Assembly (NCBI GenBank): GCA_040386535.1
Contig: JAZKFH010000025.1
Location: 96,001 to 160,000, forward strand
Length of the DNA: 64,000 bases
From: Myxococcota bacterium
GTDB taxonomy: Bacteria > Myxococcota_A > UBA796 > SXON01
Direction: 5' to 3'
In this document: positions 8,703-18,615 of the stretch, in pieces
How positions within the stretch are numbered: position 1 is the stretch's first letter
How the letters are laid out: each line of letters opens with the position of its first letter
Program-made: the position numbers and the translations under genes
The notes under the pieces: model-generated
Database searches by the model: none
What the model was told of the DNA's origin: nothing
What the model saw: the letters and a program-made list of their open reading frames with translations, nothing else

Positions 8703-11080
8703 CCGCCCTGTGGACCCTCCTGCTCGTCTCGCTCGCCCTCCTCTGGCCCGCCCTGATCTCGCCGGCCCATGCCGACGACGACGAGCGCCAGCAGGCCGCC
8801 GAGAGCCAGTTCGACGCCTTGATGAAGGACAACGAGTGGGACGCGAGCGCGAACGCGGCGCCCGCCTCGGCGCGGCCGAGGGGCTACGCCGTTGCCCAGG
8901 GCACCGAGGCGGTCACGACGCCGGTGGCCCCTGCCGTCGCGACGCGGTCGGAGGTGGAGGTGCCCCTCGACCGCTACGAGGCCGTGCGCGCGCGCCTCCG
9001 GACGGCAGACGAGGCGGCGAGCCGCTCCTACGCCACGCTCGTCGTCCTCGGCGCCTCCACCTACGCGGGTCGCGCCGTGCCCGGCGGGCTCTCGCTCCGC
9101 CTCCAGCTCCAGGCCACCCTCCGCGGACCCGGCCTCTGGAAGACCGTGCCGCTGGTCGGGGAGGAGGTCGCCGTCGTCTCTGCGCGCCTCGGCACCACGC
9201 CCCTCGCGCTCACGACGCAGGGCGGGTACCACGTGTGGGTCACCGATCAGATCGGCGAGGTGACCCTCGACATCGACGTGCTCGTGCCCGCGCGTGGCCC
9301 CCGCGGCTCGCTCGAATACGACTTCCTCGTCGCCCGCACGCCGGTGACCCGCTTCGACTGCACGTTCCCGACCGAGGGGCTGGAGCCCAAGCTCTCCCGC
9401 GCCGTGCGCGCCGAGGTGACCTCCGGGGCCGGCGCCACCCGCCTCGCCGCGTGGCTGGAGCCGACCAGCCGCATCCGCCTCGTCGGCTTCAAGGACCTCG
9501 GCGACGACGAGGGCCGCGCGGCGCGCGTGTACGCCGAGAGCCTGACCCTCCTGTCCGTCGACGAACGCACGGCCGACCTGTTCACGGTGGTCCGCTACAA
9601 CATCCTCCAGGCCGGCAGCCGCCAGTTCGACGTGCTCATCCCGCCGGGGCTCACCGTGGTCTCCGCGGAGGGGGAGGGGGCCTTCCGCTACACGCTCGAC
9701 GAGCCCACGGCCGAGGGCGTCGTGCTCCGCGGGGAGACGGCGTTCCCGATCCGCGACCGGTACGAGATCTCGCTTCGCCTGTCCCGCGCGTTCGCCGCGG
9801 GCAGCGGGGACGCCTTCACCGTGTCGGCGCCGCGCCCGCTCAACGTCGAGCGCGCCTACGGGTGGCTCGGCGTCGAGGTCATCGGCAACCTGAAGCTCGA
9901 AGAGGTCGAGCGGATCGAGGCCCTCGCGGTCGACGCCGCCCAGCTCCCCGCCGAGATGGTGCAGAGCGCGGTGAGCCCGGTGTTGCGCGGCTACCGCTTC
10001 CACACCCCGGGCGCCGCCGTGCGCCTGACCGCGACGCGCCTCGCCGAGCGGGAGCCCGCCGCGGGCTCCATCGACCAGGTGTCCGCCACGACGGTGGTCG
10101 CCGCGGAGGGGCGGGCGTTCACCGACCTGCAGATCACCCTGCGCAACCGCCTCCGCCACAGCCTCGCGTTGCGACTGCCGGAGGGGGTGGAGGTGCGCTC
10201 CAGCCAGCTCGACGGCGTGGCGGTGACGCCCTCCCGGTCCGCGGACGGGCGGCTCCTCCTCCCGCTCAAGCGCTCCGCCGGAGACGACCGCCTGGAGCCC
10301 TTCACGCTCCAGCTCGTGCTCGAAGGCGCGCTCCCGTCGTTCGGCCCCGTCGGCATCGCGTTCCTGGAGCTGCCCGCGTTCGAGCTGCCCGTCGCCTCGC
10401 TCGCCTGGACCGTGTCCGTGCCCGCCAACAACGTGTATTCCCGCTTGTTCGGCGACGTGTCGCCCCAGACCTTCGCCGGCGCCGCGTCCTGGCACGCGCC
10501 AGGCGGCGGCGTGGGCGCGCTCGGCTACACCGCCTCCGACGACGACGGCGCGTCGCTCCCCGTGCGTATCGAGCTCCCGACGGCCGGCACGTCGCTGAGC
10601 CACAGCCGGTACTGGATCGCGGCCGATCAGCCGGTGGGCGTCCGCTTCGGGCACCTGCGCGGGTGGTGGATGCTGCCGCTCGCGCTCCTCGGCGCGGCGG
10701 GGCTCGTCGTCGGGGCGGCGCGGACCGCGGGCACGTGGGCCTTCCTGACGCCGGCGCGGCGCGCGGGCTTCGTCGTGGCCGGCATCGCGGGGCTCGTGCT
10801 GGTCGATCGGCTCGGCGGGCGCGGGCTGGCCGTGGGGGCGCTGCTCGTGGGGGCGGTGGCCGTGGGGCGGCGGATGGGCGCCTTCGCCTCGCTCGCCGCC
10901 GCGCTCAGGGCCTGGTGGAGCGCGCCTCCGCCCGAGACCCCGGCGGTCCCCGGGTCCTGGCGCGCCGGCGGCTTCGTCCGCCGCGTGGGCCTGATCGCCG
11001 TCGGAGGCTTCGTCGGCCTGCTCGGGCTCATCGCGGTGGTCCGCGCCGGGCTGCTGCTGCTCGCGCCGCTGGCGGGGTAG
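8699..11080 (+). CDS. Paralog of the upstream exported membrane-anchored protein, without LysM
   Basis: ATGA overlap with the upstream stop; signal peptide; shared motifs (V/L)PLD(R/Q), VRNRTRQ/LRNRLRH, LPEL/LPAFEL..W.V.VP; C-terminal TM helices. Confidence 0.75.
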   Translation: MTALWTLLLVSLALLWPALISPAHADDDERQQAAESQFDALMKDNEWDASANAAPASARPRGYAVAQGTEAVTTPVAPAVATRSEVEVPLDRYEAVRARLRTADEAASRSYATLVVLGASTYAGRAVPGGLSLRLQLQATLRGPGLWKTVPLVGEEVAVVSARLGTTPLALTTQGGYHVWVTDQIGEVTLDIDVLVPARGPRGSLEYDFLVARTPVTRFDCTFPTEGLEPKLSRAVRAEVTSGAGATRLAAWLEPTSRIRLVGFKDLGDDEGRAARVYAESLTLLSVDERTADLFTVVRYNILQAGSRQFDVLIPPGLTVVSAEGEGAFRYTLDEPTAEGVVLRGETAFPIRDRYEISLRLSRAFAAGSGDAFTVSAPRPLNVERAYGWLGVEVIGNLKLEEVERIEALAVDAAQLPAEMVQSAVSPVLRGYRFHTPGAAVRLTATRLAEREPAAGSIDQVSATTVVAAEGRAFTDLQITLRNRLRHSLALRLPEGVEVRSSQLDGVAVTPSRSADGRLLLPLKRSAGDDRLEPFTLQLVLEGALPSFGPVGIAFLELPAFELPVASLAWTVSVPANNVYSRLFGDVSPQTFAGAASWHAPGGGVGALGYTASDDDGASLPVRIELPTAGTSLSHSRYWIAADQPVGVRFGHLRGWWMLPLALLGAAGLVVGAARTAGTWAFLTPARRAGFVVAGIAGLVLVDRLGGRGLAVGALLVGAVAVGRRMGAFASLAAALRAWWSAPPPETPAVPGSWRAGGFVRRVGLIAVGGFVGLLGLIAVVRAGLLLLAPLAG

Positions 11081-11100
11081 CCGCCCGGGCTCTCGGAGAC

Positions 11101-12534
11101 TTAGCGGCCGACCCGCACGGTCACGCCGCCCCACGCGCTGAACAGGGGGAGGGGCTCGAAGGTGGGCTCGCCCGCCCCACGCGGGCGGTCGAGCGGTACG
11201 CCGTAGACGCCGGACGCGAACAGCTCGACCGGCTTGAACAGGGGCACGCGCGCGCGGGCGCCGACGCCCATGTACCAGGGGAACATCGGCCCGATGGTCA
11301 GCTGCGCCCAGGGGAGGCCAGCGGCGACGTGCGGGTAGAGGAACGCGGCGGTGTCGTTCTCTCCGGTGGGGAGCGTGTGGTAGTCGCCGACGGTGAGCTG
11401 CCCGTCGATGCCGACGCCCACGGACCACCACTTCGCCTCGAGCGCGAGGCCGAGGGACGCGGCGGGGGTGCCGGCGTTGACGGTGTAGCGGTCGGGCTTG
11501 GCGCCGTCGTCGAGGTTCTGGAGGAGGAAGTCCCCCGTCGAGACCCACCCGGCGCCGAGCGTGGCACGGCCGACGAGGCGCGGGCGGGTCTCGTCGTCCG
11601 AGGGGCGGATGCGCACGGCGGTGGCGACGGTGCCGTCCACCCGGAGGAGCGCGGTCTTCTCGCCCGCGGGCGTCGCGATGTAGACGGGCTCGCCGAAGCC
11701 GGAGATCGGCGTCCGCGCCGCGGCGGGCACCTCCCAACCGTCCGCGCCGCTCGCGATGCGGCCCTTGAGCTCGGCCAGCTCGCTCGGCCCGAACGGCGCC
11801 GACACGAGCACGTCGGAGCCGGGCTTGATGCGGGCGTCCTGCGCGAGGAGGATCGTGTCCCCCACGGCCACGTGGAACAGGTGCCGGCCGGGCATGAGGC
11901 GCACCCGGATGCCCGAGCCGCCCTCGATCTTCACGCCGTCGAGGCGCACTTCGGCGCCGGCCGCGAGGTCCCCCACGATGAACGTGGCGCCGGGCATCGC
12001 CTGGCAGTGGGCCTGCGCGGAGTCGAAGGCGAGGCGCTGGGCGGCCTCGGGGATGTCCTCGGGGCGCACCTTCGTCGGCGCGGCGAGCAGGGCGCACGCG
12101 TCGAGCCAGGCGCTGACCCACGCGTCGGGCCCCTCCATCGTGCGGTAGGGGGCCGCGGCGGACTCGCTGCCGAGCTTGTCCTGGAAGTACCGGTGCACGG
12201 CGAAGCCCTGGAACAGCAGCGCCTGGCGCAGGACGTTGCGCTCCTCCTCGCTGCGGAGCAGGTCGACATCGTCGGTCGCCTTCGAGAGGCGGGCCATGAT
12301 CTGGAGCTCGCCGTCGAACACGTTTGCGAGCGGACGCATCGTGTCCAGCTCGGCCTTCAGGATCGGGAGGGCGTCCTTCTTCAGGCCGGCGGTGCCGCCA
12401 GTCATCAGGGTGTCGAGCGGCGCCGACGTGGAGCCGGGGACGGTACGGGCGACGGCGGCGGCGCTCACGTCGTCGGGTGGGGAGGTCCAGAGGACGCGGT
12501 CCGCCAGCGCGGGGGCGGCCAGGAGCCAGATCAT
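11101..12534 (-). CDS. Exported protein with PEGA-like domain and beta-rich C-terminus
   Basis: Short signal MIWLLAAPALA; GAEVRLDG...LMPGRHLFHV PEGA-like segment; ATGA overlap with the kinase stop. Confidence 0.6.
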   Translation of the reverse strand: MIWLLAAPALADRVLWTSPPDDVSAAAVARTVPGSTSAPLDTLMTGGTAGLKKDALPILKAELDTMRPLANVFDGELQIMARLSKATDDVDLLRSEEERNVLRQALLFQGFAVHRYFQDKLGSESAAAPYRTMEGPDAWVSAWLDACALLAAPTKVRPEDIPEAAQRLAFDSAQAHCQAMPGATFIVGDLAAGAEVRLDGVKIEGGSGIRVRLMPGRHLFHVAVGDTILLAQDARIKPGSDVLVSAPFGPSELAELKGRIASGADGWEVPAAARTPISGFGEPVYIATPAGEKTALLRVDGTVATAVRIRPSDDETRPRLVGRATLGAGWVSTGDFLLQNLDDGAKPDRYTVNAGTPAASLGLALEAKWWSVGVGIDGQLTVGDYHTLPTGENDTAAFLYPHVAAGLPWAQLTIGPMFPWYMGVGARARVPLFKPVELFASGVYGVPLDRPRGAGEPTFEPLPLFSAWGGVTVRVGR

Positions 12535-14204
12535 CGACATGTGAGCGAGTCTCCCTCGACGGCGCAATCGACCCCGCGGGGGGTGTCCAGTCGAACGGTC
12601 GTGGTGGAGCCAGCGGCGGAGACGGTGCAGTCGCCGACCGGGAAGTTGCGGAGGAGCGTGCTGGTGTCACCCGTGCCCGACACGTCGCCGCAGGTCACGC
12701 GGATGCCCTCCGCGCCGGCGAGCGTGAACTTCGCGGCCCGGAGGCGCGGGGCGGACGCGGCGGTGGGGGCGACGGTGGCCTCGGGCGCCGTGGGGGCGGC
12801 CGCGACCGTGACCGGGGCGGCACGTGCTTCGACGCGCGGCGCCTTGGTGGCGGTGGGGACGGGGAGCGGCGTGACCGGCTCCACCAGCGCGACAGCGTCG
12901 GTGCCGGCGCCCTCGGTGATCTCGGTGGGCGGTGGGGTAGGCGCGACAGCCAGCGCCGGCTCGATCGGGGCGGCGGGCGCCACGTCGGCCGTGGGCGCCT
13001 CGGGGAGGGGCGCCGTGGGCCACACGAGCCACCCGATGGCCAGCACCAGGACAGCCGCCACAAAAGCCACGCCGTACACGAACCCGCGCGACGCCGGCGG
13101 CGGTGGCTCCGGGTCCGGCGCGGCCTCGGTCTCCAGCGAGCCGAACCCGCCCAGCCCCGACGGGTCGACCACGAGGGTGGCCGAGCTGACGCGCGCGTGC
13201 ATCTCGAGGGTGGTCGACCCCAGCGACGCCTCCTCCAGCACGGTGCCCGAGACGGCCGTGTCCGTGGCGCGCGTGTTCGGGAGCCGGGGCAGGACCCGGC
13301 GCGCGTACGCCGGGAGGTCGTCTCCCGGGAGCGCGGCGGCGAAGCCGCGCAGGCCCGTTGCCAGCTCCTCGACCGAGGGGCGGTCCTCGGGCGTGTAGGC
13401 GAGCGCGCGGACCAGCAACACGACGAGCGGACCGTCTCCCACGACGGCCTCGAGGATGTCCCGCGCGCTGTCGACCTGGACCACCTGCCGCTCGAACCCG
13501 AGCTCGGCGCGGCCGAAGGTCTTGAGGGTGAGCAGCTCGTAGGCCATCACGGCCACGGCGTACACGTCCCCCGCGGGAGCGTCGGGGCCCCCGAGGATGC
13601 GCTCCGGGGCCATGTACCCGAGCGAGCCGTAGCGGATGCGCTCGGTCTGGGCCTCGCGGCCGGCGAACTCGGCGCGGGCGACGCCGAAGTCGAGCACCTT
13701 CACCGAGCCCGTGTCGGTGAGGCGCACGTTGGAGGGCTTGATGTCCCGATGCACGACGTGGAGCGGCTCCCCGTCGTCTCCCGGCGCGCACCACGCGGCC
13801 TGCAGCGCGGCTGCGACGGACGCGCACACCTCGAGCGCGGCTCGCGGAGGGATCGGCGCGGCGTTGGTCTCTGCCCAGGCGAAGACGGCCTCGACGTCCG
13901 CCCCGCTGACGTACTCCATCACCAGCGCCCAGCGGCCGTTTACACGCACCAGGTCGTCTACACGGACGATGTTGGCGTGGTCGAGGCGTCCGAGGAGGCG
14001 TGCTTCGTCGCGCAAGCGACGGCCGGCGTCACTGGCGGGATCCCACGCGTCGTTCAGGAGCTTCAGCGCCACACGACGCTTGAAGCCGCCGGCACCCTCC
14101 ATCTCGGCCAGGTAGACGGAGCCGAAGGCGCCCTCCCCGAGGATGCGGACGAGGTTGAACCTCCGCCCCGCTCCGGTCGTCTCCGCGCCGCTAGTACTCG
14201 CCAC
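12531..14204 (-). CDS. Membrane-anchored Hanks-type Ser/Thr protein kinase
   Basis: GEGAFG, VALK, HRDIKPSN, DFG and YMAPE motifs; TM helix GFVYGVAFVAAVLVLAIGWLVW; start uncertain (GTG 14204 or 14237). Confidence 0.92.
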   Translation of the reverse strand: MASTSGAETTGAGRRFNLVRILGEGAFGSVYLAEMEGAGGFKRRVALKLLNDAWDPASDAGRRLRDEARLLGRLDHANIVRVDDLVRVNGRWALVMEYVSGADVEAVFAWAETNAAPIPPRAALEVCASVAAALQAAWCAPGDDGEPLHVVHRDIKPSNVRLTDTGSVKVLDFGVARAEFAGREAQTERIRYGSLGYMAPERILGGPDAPAGDVYAVAVMAYELLTLKTFGRAELGFERQVVQVDSARDILEAVVGDGPLVVLLVRALAYTPEDRPSVEELATGLRGFAAALPGDDLPAYARRVLPRLPNTRATDTAVSGTVLEEASLGSTTLEMHARVSSATLVVDPSGLGGFGSLETEAAPDPEPPPPASRGFVYGVAFVAAVLVLAIGWLVWPTAPLPEAPTADVAPAAPIEPALAVAPTPPPTEITEGAGTDAVALVEPVTPLPVPTATKAPRVEARAAPVTVAAAPTAPEATVAPTAASAPRLRAAKFTLAGAEGIRVTCGDVSGTGDTSTLLRNFPVGDCTVSAAGSTTTVRLDTPRGVDCAVEGDSLTCR

Positions 14205-14616
14205 CGGTGTCCCCCCCGCCGGTCGCGCAGTCGCCACCGGGGATGAAGTTGATGGGGATCTGGTGCTCGATCCGCACCCCGTCGATGAGCACCTCGGTGT
14301 GATCCGTGTAGTTCAACGTGGCCGTGAAAAACGGCTCGGTCGTCGATTCCAACCCGGTGAGGTCGACGAGGCAGAACGGCTTGTAGCAGGGCTCGTAGCC
14401 GTTCGGATGGACGATGTGGTAGTGCCCCTCGCCCTCGGCGTTGTCGTCGGTGGAGGGGAACTCGACCAGGTCGAAGTTCTTGACGGTCACCGACACGGTC
14501 TCGCATCCGGTCACGTCCGACTCCGGAGGCGGCCAGGTGATCTGGATCGAGGGGGTGTCGTCGACGGCGGGAAGGGGGGGCGGGGCACACGCCACGAGCA
14601 CGAGCAGGAGCATCAT
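14191..14616 (-). CDS. Small lipoprotein
   Basis: MMLLLVLVAC lipobox-like start; GEGHYHIVH motif; ORF abuts the kinase gene. Confidence 0.65.
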   Translation of the reverse strand: MMLLLVLVACAPPPLPAVDDTPSIQITWPPPESDVTGCETVSVTVKNFDLVEFPSTDDNAEGEGHYHIVHPNGYEPCYKPFCLVDLTGLESTTEPFFTATLNYTDHTEVLIDGVRIEHQIPINFIPGGDCATGGGDTGGEY

Positions 14617-14778
14617 GCGAGTGTATACGATCCAGTTGATGAAATGGACTGGTGGCCCGTGGCTGGAGACGCGCCCGGCGTGACACGCGCCAGGCCCGGT
14701 CGGATGCGTGCTTCCGCGCATCGGCGACCGGTGCAGGCGCGCCGCGTGTTATGACGGCGGCCGTTGTCGGAGTCGCTC

Positions 14779-15285
14779 ATGGGCCTGCTCAAGACCATCG
14801 TCCTCGGCCGTCCGAACGGCATCCGGCGTAGCCTCGCGGGGAAGCTGGGCCTCGGCGGCGCCGGCGAGGCTCCTTCAAGCGGCACCTCGAACGGCGGCTC
14901 CGGAGCTCCCGAGGCGACCCACGAGCCGGCGGAGCGGGCGCTCGGCCTCCGCCACGAGGCACCCAAGGACGTGACCCCGCCCGACGGCTACGAGGTCGTC
15001 CTGCACAAGGACTCGCTCGATCCGGGCAAGATCATCGAGATCATCATCGGCGGCACGGCCATCGCCGTCGCGAACGTGGATGGCGCGTACTACGCGATCT
15101 CCAACACGTGCGCGCACGCCGAGGGCCCGCTGGGGGAGGGGAGTCTCTCCGGTACCATCGTGACCTGCCCGTACCATGGGTGGCAGTACGACGTTCGGGA
15201 CGGCGCCTGCAAGACCCACGCGAACACGACGATCTCGACCTACCCCGTGAAGGTGGTGGGCGATGCGGTGTGCGTCCAACTCTAA
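14779..15285 (+). CDS. Rieske [2Fe-2S] ferredoxin with N-terminal extension
   Basis: CAH...CPYHGWQYD Rieske ligand motifs. Confidence 0.9.
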   Translation: MGLLKTIVLGRPNGIRRSLAGKLGLGGAGEAPSSGTSNGGSGAPEATHEPAERALGLRHEAPKDVTPPDGYEVVLHKDSLDPGKIIEIIIGGTAIAVANVDGAYYAISNTCAHAEGPLGEGSLSGTIVTCPYHGWQYDVRDGACKTHANTTISTYPVKVVGDAVCVQL

Positions 15286-15362
15286 GGAGCCGCCCGCTCG
15301 ATTGGTCGTCTCGCGCTGATTGTCTCGACGGCGGCCGGCGGGGCGCCTCAGGCGGGCAAGCG

Positions 15363-15414
15363 ATAAAACGCCAACAAGCCGTGAACGACCTCCGTGAGGA
15401 GGTCGATCTACGGC
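15363..15414 (-). terminator. Probable intrinsic terminator downstream of rpmB
   Basis: Hairpin gccgt..cgacctcc-gtga-ggaggtcg..acggc (15378-15414) followed on the minus strand by TTGTTGGCGTTTTAT. Confidence 0.55.
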
Positions 15415-15476
15415 GTGTCGGGTCTTCTACGAGCAGGCTCGGAGGCGCTACCGGGGAGCCGGCGGCGCCACGACGA

Positions 15477-15707
15477 TCAGGCGATCGTCAGGCCTTCCTC
15501 GGAGAGGAACTGCCCGAGGGTCTTCAGGCGAAGGGTGCGGAGCGCGCGGGTGGAGATGCGCAAGGTCACGAAGCGACCTTCCTCCTCCCACCACACCTTC
15601 CGCATCTGGAGGTTGGGAAGCTGGCGGCGCTTGGTCTTCACGTTGGAGTGAGAGACATTGTTCGCGACGTTGGGACGCTTGCCGGTCAGATCACAGCGGC
15701 GGGCCAT
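15477..15707 (-). CDS. rpmB: 50S ribosomal protein L28
   Basis: [34 protein letters not shown] signature. Confidence 0.97.
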   Translation of the reverse strand: MARRCDLTGKRPNVANNVSHSNVKTKRRQLPNLQMRKVWWEEEGRFVTLRISTRALRTLRLKTLGQFLSEEGLTIA

Positions 15708-15828
15708 AGCAGAATCCTCGGTAGGGTAAACGAGCCGCGCTACTATCTGGGTGGTGTCCATCCGGCAAGGGAAAGGACGCTGTCCTTGCCAACCTCCTGG
15801 GCGCGTGGCATGACGGGGCGAGGTCTGG

Positions 15829-16533
15829 ATGTCCAACACCCGCGCTCTGCTGTTGCTTCCGCTCGCCGCCGGCATGCTCGCGCTGGCAGCGCTGGAGGAG
15901 TCCATCGTCGAGTTGATGGGCACCCTGGGCGTCGGCAGCGACGCGGTCGCGCTCGTTGGCCCTTGGCTTTCCGCGGTGCTGGCGGGCGCGGGGTTCGTGC
16001 TCCTCCTGGTCTCGCTCGTGGCCTACATGGGCAACGTGAGCCGGGAGCAGCAGTGGCGGCCCTACATGCTGCAGCTCAAGCCGCTCGCCGCGGAGTTCGG
16101 CCGCGGCGTGAAGGAGTCCAAGCGCGGGATCGAATTCGAGATCCTGCGCGACGGGCAGCGGGTCGAGCTCCTCGTGGATCCGCGTTCGGATGGGGGGATC
16201 TTCGTCCGCAGCCCGCCCCCCGCTCGACAGTCGCTCGCGTGGTTCCGCGCGTCCGCGCCGCCGCCGCCTCCCTCCGAGAAGTGGAGGGAGGTCGAGCGCA
16301 ACATCCGGTGGCAGCTCCGGGCCGAGCTCCCCGCCATGGCCCGACCGTTGCTCGCCGACACGACCCTCATCGGGCCCGTCGAGCGTTTCTTCGAGGCGTC
16401 CAAGGGGGTGTCTGTCACGCACGCGGTGACGGGCATCGTGATCGAGGGCGAGCTGGTCCCGGACCACGCCATCGGGGATCAGGCGCGCCTCTGCATCGAG
16501 ATCGCGTTCCGGCTCCGGCGCCTCAACGGATGA
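15829..16533 (+). CDS. Hypothetical membrane protein
   Basis: Two N-terminal hydrophobic helices; GAGG upstream of ATG; coding-like codon usage. Confidence 0.65.
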   Translation: MSNTRALLLLPLAAGMLALAALEESIVELMGTLGVGSDAVALVGPWLSAVLAGAGFVLLLVSLVAYMGNVSREQQWRPYMLQLKPLAAEFGRGVKESKRGIEFEILRDGQRVELLVDPRSDGGIFVRSPPPARQSLAWFRASAPPPPPSEKWREVERNIRWQLRAELPAMARPLLADTTLIGPVERFFEASKGVSVTHAVTGIVIEGELVPDHAIGDQARLCIEIAFRLRRLNG

Positions 16534-16565
16534 GCGGCGGGCGGATATGCCCGCCCGGAGGTTTC

Positions 16566-17522
16566 ATGCAGCCCGCCTACGCACGCATCAACGTCCACGA
16601 CGCCGGCGGGATGGCGATCCACCTCCCCATCGTGGACATCGGCCCCGGCGCGCCCCGCATGACCGTGGTGGCGGGCATCCACGGGGACGAGCCCTCGCCG
16701 CTCCTCCTGGTCGACCGGTTCGTCACCGCGCTGCGTGACGTCGAGCTTCGTGCCGGCATCCGCATCGTGGCCGCGGCCAACCCGCCCGCCCTCCTTTCGC
16801 GCTCCCGCTGGAGCAGCTGGGACGACGAGGACATGAACCGCGTGGGGGACGGGCAGGCCGGACCCGCGTTGACCCGCCGGCTCGCCGCCGCGGTGTGTGA
16901 CGCGGCCGCGGGCAGCGTGCTCGCCGTCAACCTCCACAACTTCGTGATGCGCACCCCGTTGCTCGCGATCGATCCGCCCGGCCTCGGGGTGGAGCGCCGC
17001 GTGCGGCACGAGCGCTACATCGAGGCGCTCGACCCTCACGTGGTCTGGGTGTTCGAGGACACCCCCGAGGGCGTCCGCACCTTCTCCACCAGCCTGGACG
17101 CCGCGCTCGAGGCCCGCGGTGTCGACACGATCGCCGTCGAGATGGCCGACCTCCCCGAGCTCGACGAGCCCCTGCTCGCGCGCGCCATCTCCGGCCTGAT
17201 GCGGCTCGGCGCGGTGTGCGGGTGTCTGGACGCGGCCGAGCGCCCGCTGCGGCGCACGACCGTGCGCGTACATCGCCGGCTCATGCGCTCGCCCGGTGCC
17301 GGCATCTTCGAGCCGGTGGCCCCGCTGGCGTCGCCGGTGGAGGAGGGCGAGGTCATCGGCGATCTGATCCCGCTCGAACGCCCAGGCGATCGGGTGCACG
17401 TACGTGCAACCGGCACCGGGTGGCTCATCCAGCGGCTGGGGAGGCGTTTTGTCCGGCCGGGGGACATGATCGCCGCGATCGGCCTGCGGCCTCATCCGGT
17501 GGGAGGCGGGCCGCAGGAATAG
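16566..17522 (+). CDS. M14 family succinylglutamate desuccinylase/aspartoacylase-like hydrolase
   Basis: GIHGDE, DMNR, NLH and AVE motifs; C-terminal biotinyl-like hairpin; GGAGG RBS. Confidence 0.85.
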   Translation: MQPAYARINVHDAGGMAIHLPIVDIGPGAPRMTVVAGIHGDEPSPLLLVDRFVTALRDVELRAGIRIVAAANPPALLSRSRWSSWDDEDMNRVGDGQAGPALTRRLAAAVCDAAAGSVLAVNLHNFVMRTPLLAIDPPGLGVERRVRHERYIEALDPHVVWVFEDTPEGVRTFSTSLDAALEARGVDTIAVEMADLPELDEPLLARAISGLMRLGAVCGCLDAAERPLRRTTVRVHRRLMRSPGAGIFEPVAPLASPVEEGEVIGDLIPLERPGDRVHVRATGTGWLIQRLGRRFVRPGDMIAAIGLRPHPVGGGPQE

Positions 17523-17531
17523 AGAAGAGCG

Positions 17532-17711
17532 TCAGATCGTGAAGTCAATCGTCACGATCCCGCGCTCTTCCTTGTTGATGATTTCGTCGCGATCGCGCCG
17601 TGGAGCCTGTTGCTCGGGCTCCGGCACCTCGATCCGCAACGGGAGCTGCTGCGACTCCCGAGGCCGGTTCTGGTGTTGGCGGATGCGGTCGATGATGAAG
17701 GCGTCGAGCAT
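17532..17711 (-). CDS. Small 59-aa protein not in the ORF track
   Basis: MLDAFIIDRIRQHQNRPRESQQLPLRIEVPEPEQQAPRRDRDEIINKEERGIVTIDFTI*; GGAG RBS; own promoter. Confidence 0.75.
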   Translation of the reverse strand: MLDAFIIDRIRQHQNRPRESQQLPLRIEVPEPEQQAPRRDRDEIINKEERGIVTIDFTI

Positions 17712-17744
17712 CTCGGTCTCCAGGTGAGGAGTCCTGTCGTTCGG

Positions 17745-17772
17745 AATATAGCATCGCCGGGAATGACGGCAA
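17745..17772 (-). promoter_or_regulatory. Sigma70-type promoter for the small protein
   Basis: TTGCCG-16 nt-TATATT with extended -10 TG on the minus strand. Confidence 0.55.
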
Positions 17773-17852
17773 CATCGACGTTTCAGCGGGAGGCGTCATT
17801 CGAACGATGCGTATGCCTCATGCCATTGCGTGCGCACCTCGGCACCTCGTCA

Positions 17853-18554
17853 TCACAATCGATGACCCCGGACACGCTTCGAAAGGGCGGCGTAGATAGC
17901 CGCTTCTTCCGCGGTCAGCACCGCCTCGTGATCACGCTCCGTCGCGCGATCCTCCCGCGCGGCCGGCCCCGTCAACGCGACGCCCCCGGCCCCGGCCACC
18001 CGACGGAGGCTCTCGATCGCGAGCGGGAGCAGGAGCGCGCGCGCTTCGTGCGACGCGACGCCGGCACGCGCGAGCACCCCTGCCGCGTCCAGGAACAAGG
18101 CCGATAGATGACCGCTCGCGAGGCTCGCGGCCGCGTGGTACAGCCGCGTGTCGCCCGCGATCCGGAAGGGGTGGAGGCCCAGGCGCTCGGCCAGGAACCG
18201 CGCCGCGTGGACGGCGCCGGGGGTCCCGTCGATCCGGGCGCCCACCCCGCGCAGGTCCGGGAGGCCGACTTCGACGCCCGGGAAGGTCATCAGCGGGTGG
18301 AGCAGGCCCCGCTCCGCGCGATCTCCGAGCAGCGCGGGCCCGTGGGCACCCGCGGCGTGGAGCGCCACGGCGTCCGGCGGGAGGAGGGCCGCCACTTCGG
18401 CGACGCCGCTGTCGCGCACGGTGATCCAGTACACGTCGACGCCGACGGGGATGAGCTCGCCGCGAGACCAGGTCGCGACGTCGACGCCCGCCGCACGGAG
18501 GAGGGCCGCCAGGGAGCCGCCGAGCCGCCCGACACCGAGGATCGCCACACGCAT
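17853..18554 (-). CDS. Rossmann-like / DUF2520-family oxidoreductase
   Basis: GVGRLG dinucleotide-binding motif, LHPLMTF, YHAAA, LTGPAAR.D. Confidence 0.85.
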   Translation of the reverse strand: MRVAILGVGRLGGSLAALLRAAGVDVATWSRGELIPVGVDVYWITVRDSGVAEVAALLPPDAVALHAAGAHGPALLGDRAERGLLHPLMTFPGVEVGLPDLRGVGARIDGTPGAVHAARFLAERLGLHPFRIAGDTRLYHAAASLASGHLSALFLDAAGVLARAGVASHEARALLLPLAIESLRRVAGAGGVALTGPAAREDRATERDHEAVLTAEEAAIYAALSKRVRGHRL

Positions 18555-18615
18555 CGCCCCTCCCTATGCGCGGCCGGGCCGACCCGGTAGACTCTTGCCG
18601 AGGCTGGGGCGAAAC

